Positions 7,965 to 17,624 of a DNA stretch of 32,000 nt are shown one piece after another; the first letter of the stretch is position 1; each line of letters begins with the position of its first letter. The DNA is from Pirellula staleyi DSM 6068 (GTDB taxonomy: Bacteria > Planctomycetota > Planctomycetia > Pirellulales > Pirellulaceae): contig CP001848.1 in the NCBI GenBank assembly GCA_000025185.1, forward strand, positions 5,640,001 through 5,672,000. Direction: 5' to 3'. Below the pieces are notes generated by a model. The model was not told the DNA's origin. It saw only the letters and a list, made by a program, of their open reading frames with translations, and searched no databases. The translations under genes were made by a program, and so were the position numbers.

Positions 7965-8999
7965 ATGACTATCTCCGAGAAGAGTAAAAGCCCGCGCACC
8001 CCTAGTGATCGTCGCGACGAGAGTTGCCCACTCCCTGCTCGAGCCACTCCCCTCCCCTCTTCCAGTCCTGCACCTGCCTGGATGTTTTGGATGCTGCGTG
8101 CTGCTGGCATCTACAACCTCGTGTGGGGCACACTGGTCATTCTGTTTCCAAACCAGTGGTTTACCCTCGCCGGGATGGAAGTTCCCAACTATCCCCAGCT
8201 GTGGCAATGCATCGGCATGATCGTAGGGGTCTATGGCATCGGCTACTGGGTTGCTGCCAGCGACCCCGCGCGACACTGGCCGATTGTGCTTGTCGGATTC
8301 CTGGGCAAGGTGCTCGGCCCGATTGGATTTCTGCAAGGAGCGATCGCTGGCACATGGCCGTGGATTGCAGGAACTGTCAATATTACGAACGATCTGATTT
8401 GGCTTCCTGGTTTTGCCATCGCCCTCTACTACGCTGCAAAAATCAATAGCGGCGAAAAGTATGCCTCCCCTGCGTATAGCTGGGACGAAGCGCTGCACGA
8501 CGTTCGTTTTGCCAGTGGCAAAACCCTCGAGGAACTGTCGGCCAAGCAAGACCTGCTGCTGCTCTTTGTGCGACACGCCGGATGCACCTTTTGCCGCGAA
8601 ATGCTGGCCGATTTAGGTCAGCAGCGTCAAGCGATCGAAGATCGCGGCGTAGGAACGGCGGTGGTGCATGTGAGTACCGAAAAAAGTATCGCCGCGATGC
8701 TCGCTCGCTACGGCCTCGCGCATACCGATCAACTCAGCGACCCCGATCGGCGAATGTTTCGCACCTTCGAGCTGAAGCGTGGTGCCTTTTGGCAGCTCCT
8801 CGGTCCACGCATTTGGTGGCGAGGATTCAAGGCCGCGATTCTTTCGGGACATGGTTTCGGCACGATGGAGGGAGACGGTTTTCAGATGCCGGGGGTCTTC
8901 CTGATTCGCGACGGTCGGATCATCGCCAGCTTCCGCCACGAACTCGCTTCCGATCGTCCAGACTACATGAAAATCGTCCTTTCGGCGCAGCGAATGTAG
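7965..8999 (+). CDS. Membrane-anchored peroxiredoxin-like/thioredoxin-fold protein (AhpC/TSA_2, SelL-related type) with an N-terminal 4-TM domain
   Basis: The ATG at 7965 is preceded by GAGGGA (the listed start at 7824 is TTG). The N-terminal half holds ~4 hydrophobic helices. The C-terminal half has a redox motif RHAGCTFCRE (CxxC) and ...GFQMPGVFLIRDGRI.... An alternative start at the MFWML Met cannot be excluded. Confidence 0.7.
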   Translation: MTISEKSKSPRTPSDRRDESCPLPARATPLPSSSPAPAWMFWMLRAAGIYNLVWGTLVILFPNQWFTLAGMEVPNYPQLWQCIGMIVGVYGIGYWVAASDPARHWPIVLVGFLGKVLGPIGFLQGAIAGTWPWIAGTVNITNDLIWLPGFAIALYYAAKINSGEKYASPAYSWDEALHDVRFASGKTLEELSAKQDLLLLFVRHAGCTFCREMLADLGQQRQAIEDRGVGTAVVHVSTEKSIAAMLARYGLAHTDQLSDPDRRMFRTFELKRGAFWQLLGPRIWWRGFKAAILSGHGFGTMEGDGFQMPGVFLIRDGRIIASFRHELASDRPDYMKIVLSAQRM

Positions 9000-9047
9000 G
9001 AAGAGCGCAACACCAGCTTCGCATTCCAGCTGGCAAGAAACGAAACA

Positions 9048-9085
9048 AGCGACGATCGCAACAGGTTCTGCTGCAGATCGTCGCT
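9048..9085. terminator. 10-bp perfect hairpin between convergent genes
   Basis: AGCGACGATC (9048-9057) pairs with GATCGTCGCT (9076-9085), with an 18-nt loop. It lies between the stop at 8999 (+) and the sucD stop at 9140 (-). No clear U-tract. Confidence 0.35.
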
Positions 9086-9139
9086 CGCTAGGTTGGATAG
9101 TTCGTTTTCGAGCGTATTCTCAGGGAAATACGTCGACGA

Positions 9140-10021
9140 TTACTTCTTTTTCTTGGCAATCGCACGCTGCACAGCTTCGCCCATGGTGGCGGGGCTGTCG
9201 GCAACTTCGATACCAGCATCTTCAAGAGCCGCCACCTTCTCGGCAGCTGTTCCCTTGCCACCCGAGATGATCGCGCCGGCGTGACCCATGCGACGACCAG
9301 GAGGAGCGGTGCGGCCAGCGATAAACGCAGCGACTGGCTTGGTGACGTGAGCCTTCACGTAAGCAGCAGCTTCTTCTTCGGCGGTGCCACCGATTTCGCC
9401 AATCATCAGGATCGCTTCGGTCTGTGGATCAGCTTCGTAGAGCTTGAACAGATCGATGTAGTTGGTGCCGACGATCGGATCGCCACCGAGGCCAACGCAG
9501 GTCGACTGCCCAAGTCCGAGGCCGGTGGTTTGCCACACAGCTTCGTAGGTGAGCGTTCCGCTGCGGCTCATGATGCCGACGTTACCTGGCTTGTGAATGT
9601 AACCTGGCATGATGCCGATTTTGCATTCGCCGGGAGTGATGAGTCCGGGGCAGTTGGGGCCGATCAGTACGCTCTTCGAGGCACGGACCAGTTCGTACAC
9701 GCGCACCATGTCGATTACCGGCACACCTTCGGTGATGGCGGCGATCACTTCGATTCCAGCGTCGAGCGCTTCGAGAATCGCGTCGGCTGTGTAGGCAGCA
9801 GGGACGAAGATCATCGTCGCGTTGGCGCCAGTCTTATCGACCGCTTCTTTCACGGTGTCGAACACCGGGAGGCCTTCGACCGTTTCGCCCGATTTACCGG
9901 GAGTCACGCCGCCGACCATGTTCGTGCCGTACTCTTTGCAGCCTTTGGTATGAAACGCTCCCGCTTTGCCAGTGATACCTTGGCAAATGACGCGAGTGTT
10001 TTTGTTGATCAGAATGCTCAT
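9140..10021 (-). CDS. sucD: Succinyl-CoA synthetase (ADP-forming) alpha subunit
   Basis: 293 aa: [26 protein letters not shown]...SRSGTLTYE...[11 protein letters not shown]... (phosphohistidine loop). Immediately downstream of sucC. Confidence 0.95.
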   Translation of the reverse strand: MSILINKNTRVICQGITGKAGAFHTKGCKEYGTNMVGGVTPGKSGETVEGLPVFDTVKEAVDKTGANATMIFVPAAYTADAILEALDAGIEVIAAITEGVPVIDMVRVYELVRASKSVLIGPNCPGLITPGECKIGIMPGYIHKPGNVGIMSRSGTLTYEAVWQTTGLGLGQSTCVGLGGDPIVGTNYIDLFKLYEADPQTEAILMIGEIGGTAEEEAAAYVKAHVTKPVAAFIAGRTAPPGRRMGHAGAIISGGKGTAAEKVAALEDAGIEVADSPATMGEAVQRAIAKKKK

Positions 10022-10090
10022 GGGAAATTCTTATATGCGGATGGATGATTTCAATTTGCAGAGGGAAGACGCAGGATCAGCGACCGGGAA

Positions 10091-11281
10091 CTAAGCGTTT
10101 TTTGCCGCTTCGACAATCTTGATCGCCGCATCGGTCAGGCCGTCGGCAGCAATCAGCTTCACGCCGCTTTCACGCAAGATCTTCTTGCCTTCTTCGACTT
10201 CCGTACCTTCCAGTCGCACGACCAGCGGGACGTTAAAACCAACTGCTTTGCTGGCGGCAACAATGGCGCTGGCGATCGTGGTGCAGCGGGCAATACCGCC
10301 GAAAATGTTCACCAGAATCCCCTTCACGTTCTTATCCGAAAGGATAATGCGGAAGGCTTCGGTCACCTGAGCTTCGTTCGCTCCACCACCGACGTCGAGG
10401 AAGTTGGCTGGCTCGCCACCATGAAGTTTGATGATGTCCATCGTCGACATCGCCAGACCGGCGCCATTGACAAGGCAGCCGATGTTGCCGTCGAGTTTGA
10501 CGTACGACAAACCGGTGTTCGAGGCACGGACTTCAGCAGGATCTTCTTCGGTGAGATCGCGCAGTTCGGCCAGGTCCTTGTGGCGGAACATGGCGTTGTC
10601 GTCGAAGGCCACCTTAGCGTCGAGCGCGACGAGGTCGCCAGCTTCGGTGATGACCAGCGGATTGATTTCGACCATCGCGCAGTCGAGCTGAACCCACAAC
10701 TTGCAGAGGGCTCGCATGAACTTGTCAGCACTGGCGACCGAAGCTCCCTTGATGCCGAGCAGCACGCACAGCTTGCGCACCTGATAAGGAAGCAGGCCGA
10801 CGTGGGGATCAAAATGTTCTTTGAAAATCTTTTCGGGGGTGTCGTGAGCCACCGTTTCGATCTCGACGCCACCTTCGGTCGAAACCATCAGCACCGGCTT
10901 AGCGGCAGCTCGGTCGAGGACGATACCGAGGTACAATTCGCGAGCGATTTTGCAACCTTCTTCGACGAAAACCTGATTGACAACCTTCCCTTCTTCGCCG
11001 GTTTGGATCGTCACCAGCGTCTTGCCAATCAGATTGCGGGCCACCGTGGCAGCTTCTTCGGCCGACTTCACGAGTTGCACACCGCGCTGTGCAGAATTTT
11101 CTTTCGTCGTTCCCTTACCGCGACCACCGGCGTGAATTTGTGCTTTCACCACGGCGATCGGTCCGCCAAGTTCCGTGAACGCTGCAGCCGCTTCTTCGGG
11201 CGTGCGGGCGACTTTGCCTCGCAGCACGGCGACGCCAGCTTTACGAAACAGTTCTTTACCTTGGTATTCGTGAATCTTCAT
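10091..11281 (-). CDS. sucC: Succinyl-CoA synthetase beta subunit
   Basis: 396 aa: [17 protein letters not shown]..., an ATP-grasp region, ...[11 protein letters not shown]..., ...NIFGGIARC.... Confidence 0.95.
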   Translation of the reverse strand: MKIHEYQGKELFRKAGVAVLRGKVARTPEEAAAAFTELGGPIAVVKAQIHAGGRGKGTTKENSAQRGVQLVKSAEEAATVARNLIGKTLVTIQTGEEGKVVNQVFVEEGCKIARELYLGIVLDRAAAKPVLMVSTEGGVEIETVAHDTPEKIFKEHFDPHVGLLPYQVRKLCVLLGIKGASVASADKFMRALCKLWVQLDCAMVEINPLVITEAGDLVALDAKVAFDDNAMFRHKDLAELRDLTEEDPAEVRASNTGLSYVKLDGNIGCLVNGAGLAMSTMDIIKLHGGEPANFLDVGGGANEAQVTEAFRIILSDKNVKGILVNIFGGIARCTTIASAIVAASKAVGFNVPLVVRLEGTEVEEGKKILRESGVKLIAADGLTDAAIKIVEAAKNA

Positions 11282-11322
11282 GGCATCTTTCCGTCAGACG
11301 TCGGGCTCGAAGTAAGTCGGGG

Positions 11323-11352
11323 ATTATAGGTCGCGTGAAAAATGATGGTCAA
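11323..11352 (-). promoter_or_regulatory. Near-consensus sigma-70-type promoter for sucCD
   Basis: The minus strand reads TTGACC (11352-11347), an 18-nt spacer, then TATAAT (11328-11323). It is ~40 nt upstream of the sucC ATG at 11281. Confidence 0.5.
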
Positions 11353-11388
11353 GGATAGGGACTTGGGCTGCGGAGCTTTCGCAGGTTC

Positions 11389-12198
11389 CTACCAGTGCAT
11401 CACCCAGCCGCCGTCGACGTTCATCGTTTGGCCCGTGATGTTCGCCGCGCGTGCCGACGCCAAGAAAACAGCCAGACTCGCCACATCGTCGGGGGTTTGC
11501 CAGCGTTTCAGAGGAATGACGTTCTTAACCTTTTCGCCAGCCCAGTCTTCGTAGGAACGTTTTTTGTCGTCGGGCTGAAGATCGTTCCACGATTGCCAAA
11601 CGCTCCGGTTGAGTGGCGTTTGCACCATGCCGGGACAGATGGTGTTGACGCGAACTCCTAGCGGCGCGAAATCTTTCGCAGCGATTTGCGCGAAGCTGAT
11701 GAGCGCCGCTTTGGCCGTGGAATAAGGCGGATCCGTAGGGGAACCGATTTGGCCGGCGACGCTGGAGATGAACAGCATCGTGCCGCGCTTTTGCTCGGCC
11801 AGCAGCGGCGCGCAAGCATGGGCGGTATTCACCGCTCCCATCAGGTTCACCTCGAACACCCGCGGCCAGTCGGCTGGATCGAGATTCCAAAACGGAAATC
11901 CAAACTTTCCCGAGCCCATGCCGGCGGCGTAGACCACATGCTCGATCGCGCCGAGTTGACTTGCCACCTCGGCGATCGCTTGCTTCACTGTGCTGAATTG
12001 TGTGGCATCGACCTCGATGCCGGTGGTCATCACCCCATGCTCGGCAGCGAGCCGACTCGCTTCACTGGCTCCTTGCGGAGATCGGTCAAGAATCGCAACC
12101 TTGGCCCCCTCTTTGGCCAGTGATGTGGCTATCGCCAGGCCAATTCCACTCGCCCCACCGACCACCACTGCCACTTGATCTTTCAGTTCCAAATTCAT
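11389..12198 (-). CDS. SDR family oxidoreductase
   Basis: 269 aa. Contains VVVGGASGIGLAIA (Rossmann fold), an SSVAGQIG...YSTAKAA catalytic region and ...NITGQTMNVDGG.... Confidence 0.9.
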   Translation of the reverse strand: MNLELKDQVAVVVGGASGIGLAIATSLAKEGAKVAILDRSPQGASEASRLAAEHGVMTTGIEVDATQFSTVKQAIAEVASQLGAIEHVVYAAGMGSGKFGFPFWNLDPADWPRVFEVNLMGAVNTAHACAPLLAEQKRGTMLFISSVAGQIGSPTDPPYSTAKAALISFAQIAAKDFAPLGVRVNTICPGMVQTPLNRSVWQSWNDLQPDDKKRSYEDWAGEKVKNVIPLKRWQTPDDVASLAVFLASARAANITGQTMNVDGGWVMHW

Positions 12199-12242
12199 CG
12201 CCGCTGGTGTACTCCGTCAAAGTTGCCACGATTTAAGTCCGA

Positions 12243-12998
12243 CTACCCGTAACGCTTAAACGCTTCGGCTGCACCTAAACGCTCGGCGCGGATCTTTCCG
12301 TCAGCCAGCTTTTCCCCCTTGGGATCGACATACACGCGTCCCGTCCGATTCTTGCTGGCGGGATCGATGTTGAGGACGTGAATATTGAAAATGAACGCGG
12401 TTTTGCTGGTCGCCTGAAACCAGTGAACGTTATCTTTCTGATCGGAAACGGTCGACGATTCCCCCGCCTGGAAAGGACGATCGACGGTCGGCTTGATGAT
12501 CATGTAGTCGCCGTCATCTTCAATGCGGTCATACGATCGGCCTTGAAAATCTCCTTGCAGGATCAAGAAGGCGGTCGCCATGTTGTTGTGACCATGCGGG
12601 ACGACGGAGCGATCTTTTTCAAGCGCGAAGACTTGATAGCCGAACACAAGTTCGGTCGGCAGTCCTTCGACGGCGGGCATCCGTGGACGGAGACTGAGTT
12701 CCCCTTGGTCGCGAAACTTCAGCCCAGCGGTGAGCTTCTCGAAATCGATGAGTTTCAGCACATCCTGGAGCTCGACTTTTTGGCAGAGCGCCTCGATCTG
12801 TTTTTGCCAATCGGTTTGCGTGAGCTTTTGCCCTTTCAGGTCCTTACTCAGGTCGTTCATGCCGGTGAGCCACGCAGCGGCACTGGATTTCATCTCGGCG
12901 CCAAAAGCATCGGTCATGCTGAGGCAATCGAGGAGCGACCACGTGAGCAAACCACCGAGCGCTGATTCGCCAAAGTCGCGCCGTGAAAATGCGTGCAT
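12243..12998 (-). CDS. Tat-signal (twin-arginine) secreted cupin-fold protein
   Basis: The ATG at 12998 is preceded by GAGGG (the listed ORF extends to 13052). The N-terminus MHAFSRRDFGESALGGLLTWSLL looks like a Tat signal. Cupin-like metal motifs are present: VVPHGHNN...ILQG... and ...DNVHWF.... Confidence 0.6.
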   Translation of the reverse strand: MHAFSRRDFGESALGGLLTWSLLDCLSMTDAFGAEMKSSAAAWLTGMNDLSKDLKGQKLTQTDWQKQIEALCQKVELQDVLKLIDFEKLTAGLKFRDQGELSLRPRMPAVEGLPTELVFGYQVFALEKDRSVVPHGHNNMATAFLILQGDFQGRSYDRIEDDGDYMIIKPTVDRPFQAGESSTVSDQKDNVHWFQATSKTAFIFNIHVLNIDPASKNRTGRVYVDPKGEKLADGKIRAERLGAAEAFKRYG

Positions 12999-13150
12999 AA
13001 GAAAGGACCCTCGCGAAGAAGGAAGAGGCGGGCGATCGAGGAAGATGAACACCCGAAGTGTAAAGCTCGCGATGTCGCTGACGCAAACAACTTCTGCGAA
13101 TTCTAGTGGCAGAATTTTTCATCCTCTCGACCCGCTGAGTCATTCTGGCT

Positions 13151-14620
13151 TCACGACGGATCGTCGCTATCGAGATCTTCGCGCGAAACTTCGACTCCCA
13201 GCTCTTGCGCCCGAGCAAAATCGGCTTCGGCGAGGCTATTTTGCCCAAGAAGTTCGTAGCACAAGCCGCGGTGCGCGAGCGCCTCGCCATCGTGGGGGGA
13301 ACGGTCGATCACTTTTGAAAACGACTTCACAGCCGCTGCGGCATCGCCGAGATCGACTTCCGCCATGGCGCGGAAAAACCAGAGTTCATCGTTATCGATT
13401 TTGGCAGCTTGCGCCTTCTTAATATCCGCGAGACCCGCGGTTACTTCACCTCCGATCGCAACCCGGCAAATGCCGCGACAGCCGATCGCTTCGGGATCGC
13501 TGGGGAGAAGCTGGAGAGCATGCTCGGCATCTTCGAGAGCCAGATCGTAGAGCCCTTGTTCGCAGCGTGCACGCGACCTGTAGACGTAGGTCTCTTGGTC
13601 GTTGGGATCGAGCGCCAAAGCATGGGTGAGATCGGCTTCGGCGACATCCCACTCAGCAGCTTCCATCCACTCCACTGCGCGCGTGAAGTACTGATCGGCG
13701 GTACGAAGTTTGGGCAAACTGGCGATCGCCTCTGCGCGCTCGTCGTCCGAGAGTTCATGCTGCTCGTGATGCGGATGCTGCGAATGGACGGGCATGGGAT
13801 GCTGGTCGTCGCGCGACGAAGTGCTGATATTCACTCGCGCAGTGCTCGCCCCCGCTTCAAACCACTGGGCGGGATCGAGTGAGTAAACGAGGGTGAGACA
13901 CTTGTACCAATCGGGATGTCGCGCACGCATGGCGAGCGGCTGTTCATAGAAAAGTTCGGTAGAGACGGCAAAAAACTCGGCTCGGTTGGTCGCTCCATAA
14001 GCATCGATAAGCGTTTCGATCCCTTGGCGAACGTGGTCTTGATGGGCCGAGAATTCGCGCGCGAAAGCCTCTTCGTAGAAGCGTGCATCGGTGACTGAAT
14101 TGAGTGGCGGAACACCATCGACCGCTCCGTCGAGTCCATCGATGTGGTGCGCCAGTTCGTGGAGCACCAGGTTTTCGCCATCGCGCGCATGCTTGCCCCC
14201 AGCTAGTACCGCGGGCCAGCTGAGCACGATGCTGCCGTGTGGATGCGCTTCGCCGAGAATGGTGGCGGTTTCGTCGATCATCCCCCCTTCGCGATTTTGA
14301 ATGGGACGGCGATAGGCGAACGGATAGAGCAGAAAACTAGGGACCCGCTCGAAGTAGTACCCTTCGGTCCCCAGCAGCAGCAGCGAGGCGATGGCCGAGA
14401 CGGTGAGCTTCATGGCATCGGTCACTTCGAGACCACGACAGCCGACCCATTCGCGCTCAGCAGCAATGATGCGCGCACATTCGATCAGTCGCACTCGCTG
14501 CGGTGGAGTCAAGAGTGAGTAGACCTCGATGTTGGCCTCGACCGACTTCAGCAGCTCACTCGCGAGTGGCGAGCTGAGCAATTTCGCACGGCGTGAACGC
14601 TTGAACCAGTTCCCGAGCAT
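13151..14620 (-). CDS. MtfA-like zinc metallopeptidase (M90 family) fused to C-terminal TPR repeats
   Basis: The ATG at 14620 is preceded by GAGGGA with 7-nt spacing (the listed start at 14653 is TTG). N-terminal MLGNWFKRSRRAK..., HExxH as VLHELAHHIDGLDG and ...EFFAVSTELFY... resemble MtfA (from memory). The C-terminal ~200 aa are TPR-like (ALALDPND..., ALQLLPSDPEA..., VIDRSPHDGEA...). Confidence 0.75.
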   Translation of the reverse strand: MLGNWFKRSRRAKLLSSPLASELLKSVEANIEVYSLLTPPQRVRLIECARIIAAEREWVGCRGLEVTDAMKLTVSAIASLLLLGTEGYYFERVPSFLLYPFAYRRPIQNREGGMIDETATILGEAHPHGSIVLSWPAVLAGGKHARDGENLVLHELAHHIDGLDGAVDGVPPLNSVTDARFYEEAFAREFSAHQDHVRQGIETLIDAYGATNRAEFFAVSTELFYEQPLAMRARHPDWYKCLTLVYSLDPAQWFEAGASTARVNISTSSRDDQHPMPVHSQHPHHEQHELSDDERAEAIASLPKLRTADQYFTRAVEWMEAAEWDVAEADLTHALALDPNDQETYVYRSRARCEQGLYDLALEDAEHALQLLPSDPEAIGCRGICRVAIGGEVTAGLADIKKAQAAKIDNDELWFFRAMAEVDLGDAAAAVKSFSKVIDRSPHDGEALAHRGLCYELLGQNSLAEADFARAQELGVEVSREDLDSDDPS

Positions 14621-14945
14621 CGATCGATCCCTCGAAGCAAAAACTTCCATCAATTTTGAGCAAATGTCTCCCTGATGCTCGTGGATCGGCCGGTTCTGTA
14701 CAAGGCGACAAGCCCCGCAAACTGGCGAGCGAAGTGCAACTTTCCTGCGGTCCGACGGGAGACGTTACGAATGGTTACCTACTTGACGCCAAAACGTGGC
14801 GGGAGATATTCGACAAGAGAAGACGCTAGGATTAGCCTGCACCGACCGCCTCACGGCGAGTTCGCGATCGCCGCATTTCTAGCGTAAGTCGATACATGGC
14901 TATCGCTTGCTGATTTACAATCCAATCTCTCCCACTCGGCCGTGA

Positions 14946-15941
<996 letters not shown>

Positions 15942-16248
15942 TTCAACTCGCGTCACCAAAGGCGCGACGAACTTTTTATCACTTTTTTGCGGCATCGTTT
16001 TTTCCTACGAGCCGCAGATGTCTAGCACAGCAGCTGTTGCCAGCCGACTGGCAATTTGATCACCCTGCTAGCGTTGTGGAACCCGAGAAATTTATCGCGA
16101 ACCAACGTGGAATTTCTTTCGTGGTGAGAGTGTGTTTGGCGTAACCAGTCGACACATTTTTGCACAGACAGGTAGTGGTAGCAGTGTCGAGCTCCAAGGT
16201 AGCGGCATCTGCGATTGACATTCGCGTAGCGCTTGCCTAAAAACTCGA

Positions 16249-16289
16249 CCTGTCGCGATGGCCTCGATGAAATCATCCCTGTCGCGATG
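16249..16289. repeat. Two exact 12-nt direct repeats CCTGTCGCGATG, 29 bp apart
   Basis: Copies at 16249-16260 and 16278-16289, inside the 669-bp gap between mdh and the hydrolase gene. A third, partial CTCGATG lies between them. Function unknown. Confidence 0.5.
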
Positions 16290-16376
16290 CTTGCACCCGA
16301 TTCGCTGCTAGCGAGTCGGCGTCAAGCTTGGCAGGTGATGGACCCCCAATTTTGGACCACCTCTTGGCCAGTATTT

Positions 16377-16529
16377 TTAGCCTAGCGATGCGATCGCAAG
16401 TTGGCGTGCTTCCTGGTGAAGCGCTGCAGACTTGCGCTGGTGTGCGAGTAGCTGATTGCTTAAGTCGATCGCTTCTGGCGATTGCGTTACCGGCGGGATT
16501 GCCGGCTCACGGCCGAGCACGATGCTCAT
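16377..16529 (-). CDS. Hypothetical small protein (50 aa), not in the ORF track (below its size cutoff)
   Basis: I translated it codon by codon: MSIVLGREPAIPPVTQSPEAIDLSNQLLAHQRKSAALHQEARQLAIASLG, ending in TAA. The ATG at 16529 is preceded by AAGGAAGGA with 6-nt spacing, the strongest SD-like element I saw in this window. There is an in-frame upstream stop at 16584-16586. No homology recognised. Confidence 0.3.
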   Translation of the reverse strand: MSIVLGREPAIPPVTQSPEAIDLSNQLLAHQRKSAALHQEARQLAIASLG

Positions 16530-16610
16530 CAGCCGTCCTTCCTTGGTCTCGCGAATGTCTACTGATGATTTCGCGCGACTCCCTCAGGTAATCCCTTCCG
16601 ACGGAACTGT

Positions 16611-17381
16611 ATGAATCGCCTTTCAATCGACGCTAATACCCCCGCCTCGAGCCCTGCTGCAACCGCCCAAGTGAGCCAACCGCTTGCTCGCATTGCCGAG
16701 CGACGTGCGACACCTCACAGCCTGCTGACACCGATGCACTACGAGCCAGGCTATGCCTACCCGCTCGTGATTTGGCTCCATAGCGATGGTGGCGACGAGC
16801 ACGAAGTCGAAACCGTGATGCCGCTGGTGAGCGAGCGCAATTATGTCGCCGTTGGTCTGCGTGGCACGGATTCGCGCGGTAAGCATCGTGGCTACAAGTG
16901 GACCCAAGATTTTCTGAGCATCCATCACGCACAACAGCGGATGTTTGATGCCGTCGAACAAGCCACCGAGCGCTACAACATCAATCAAGAGCGCGTGTTC
17001 ATCGCTGGCTACGGCTGCGGTGGTACGATGGCGCTCCGTTTGGCACTTCAGTTTCCTAATCTGTTTGCTGGTGCCGTCTCGCTAGGCGGTTCGTTTCCTC
17101 GTGGCACAGCTCCACTGGCGAACCTCGAGCAGGCTCGCAAGCTGCCGATGATGATCGCACATGCGCGTGACTCGCGCACCTACACGGTCGATCATCTGTG
17201 TGACGAACTCCGACTGTTTCACGCCGCTGGTTTGGCGATGTCACTTCGTCAGTATCCTTGTGGCGATGAGTTGACGACTCAAATGCTCCATGACTTTGAT
17301 GTCTGGATGATGGAGCAAGTTACCGGAATGTCGTCGACAAGCGACAATTCGATGTGCGAAATGCCTGGCGATCACAACTAG
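16611..17381 (+). CDS. Alpha/beta-hydrolase fold protein of the phospholipase/carboxylesterase family, probably catalytically inactive
   Basis: 256 aa: ...PLVIWLHSDGGDE..., ...RVFIAGYGCGGTMALRLAL..., ...LPMMIAHARDSRTYTV..., ...YPCGDELT.... The nucleophile elbow reads GYGCGG (17007-17024) where the family has GFSQGG. Confidence 0.8.
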   Translation: MNRLSIDANTPASSPAATAQVSQPLARIAERRATPHSLLTPMHYEPGYAYPLVIWLHSDGGDEHEVETVMPLVSERNYVAVGLRGTDSRGKHRGYKWTQDFLSIHHAQQRMFDAVEQATERYNINQERVFIAGYGCGGTMALRLALQFPNLFAGAVSLGGSFPRGTAPLANLEQARKLPMMIAHARDSRTYTVDHLCDELRLFHAAGLAMSLRQYPCGDELTTQMLHDFDVWMMEQVTGMSSTSDNSMCEMPGDHN

Positions 17382-17419
17382 ATCGCTGCGAGCAGTTCGC
17401 AATTTCTCGCTTTCATGAA

Positions 17420-17441
17420 TGCTCACCACGTTGGGTGAGCA
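17420..17441 (+). terminator. 8-bp perfect hairpin downstream of the hydrolase gene
   Basis: TGCTCACC (17420-17427), loop ACGTTG, then GGTGAGCA (17434-17441). No U-tract follows. Confidence 0.3.
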
Positions 17442-17526
17442 GCTCAGCGTATCAAGTGTTCATCGAGCGCTGCTAGCATTCTCGCGCCAGCATGTTTTCC
17501 TGCTGATTTCCTGGCCAATCTTGCCG

Positions 17527-17556
17527 TTGACGCGAGCATTCTTTCGTTGGTACAAG
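17527..17556 (+). promoter_or_regulatory. Candidate sigma-70-type promoter for the TPR/FlgN-like/kinase/regulator genes
   Basis: TTGACG (17527-17532), an 18-nt spacer, then TACAAG (17551-17556). It lies ~70 nt upstream of the ATG at 17625. This is a sequence match only. Confidence 0.25.
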
Positions 17557-17624
17557 CCCGCTGTTTGCGACCCGCCATGCGCTTGCGCGTGGGGTATGCA
17601 CGTCGAGAAGCATCGAGCCACCAG

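Noticed and set aside
9281-11329. Plus-strand ORFs 9281..10048 (255 aa) and 10421..11329 (302 aa)
   Set aside because: They are antisense to sucD and sucC, which are unambiguous.
14675-14887. 70-aa plus-strand ORF in the gap upstream of mdh
   Set aside because: It has no SD, an implausible sequence, and lies in a divergent promoter region between the peptidase gene and mdh.
16022-16276. 84-aa minus-strand ORF in the mdh-hydrolase gap
   Set aside because: Its Cys/His/Trp/Arg-rich composition is odd. It has many A/T-ending and rare codons (AGA, AGG, TTA, AAT) unlike neighbouring genes, no convincing ribosome-binding site and no recognisable motif. I treated the region as possible non-coding RNA or regulatory DNA instead.
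16328-16591. 87-aa plus-strand ORF (TTG start)
   Set aside because: It has a non-ATG start without an SD and an implausible sequence. It fully overlaps the better-supported 50-codon minus-strand ORF.
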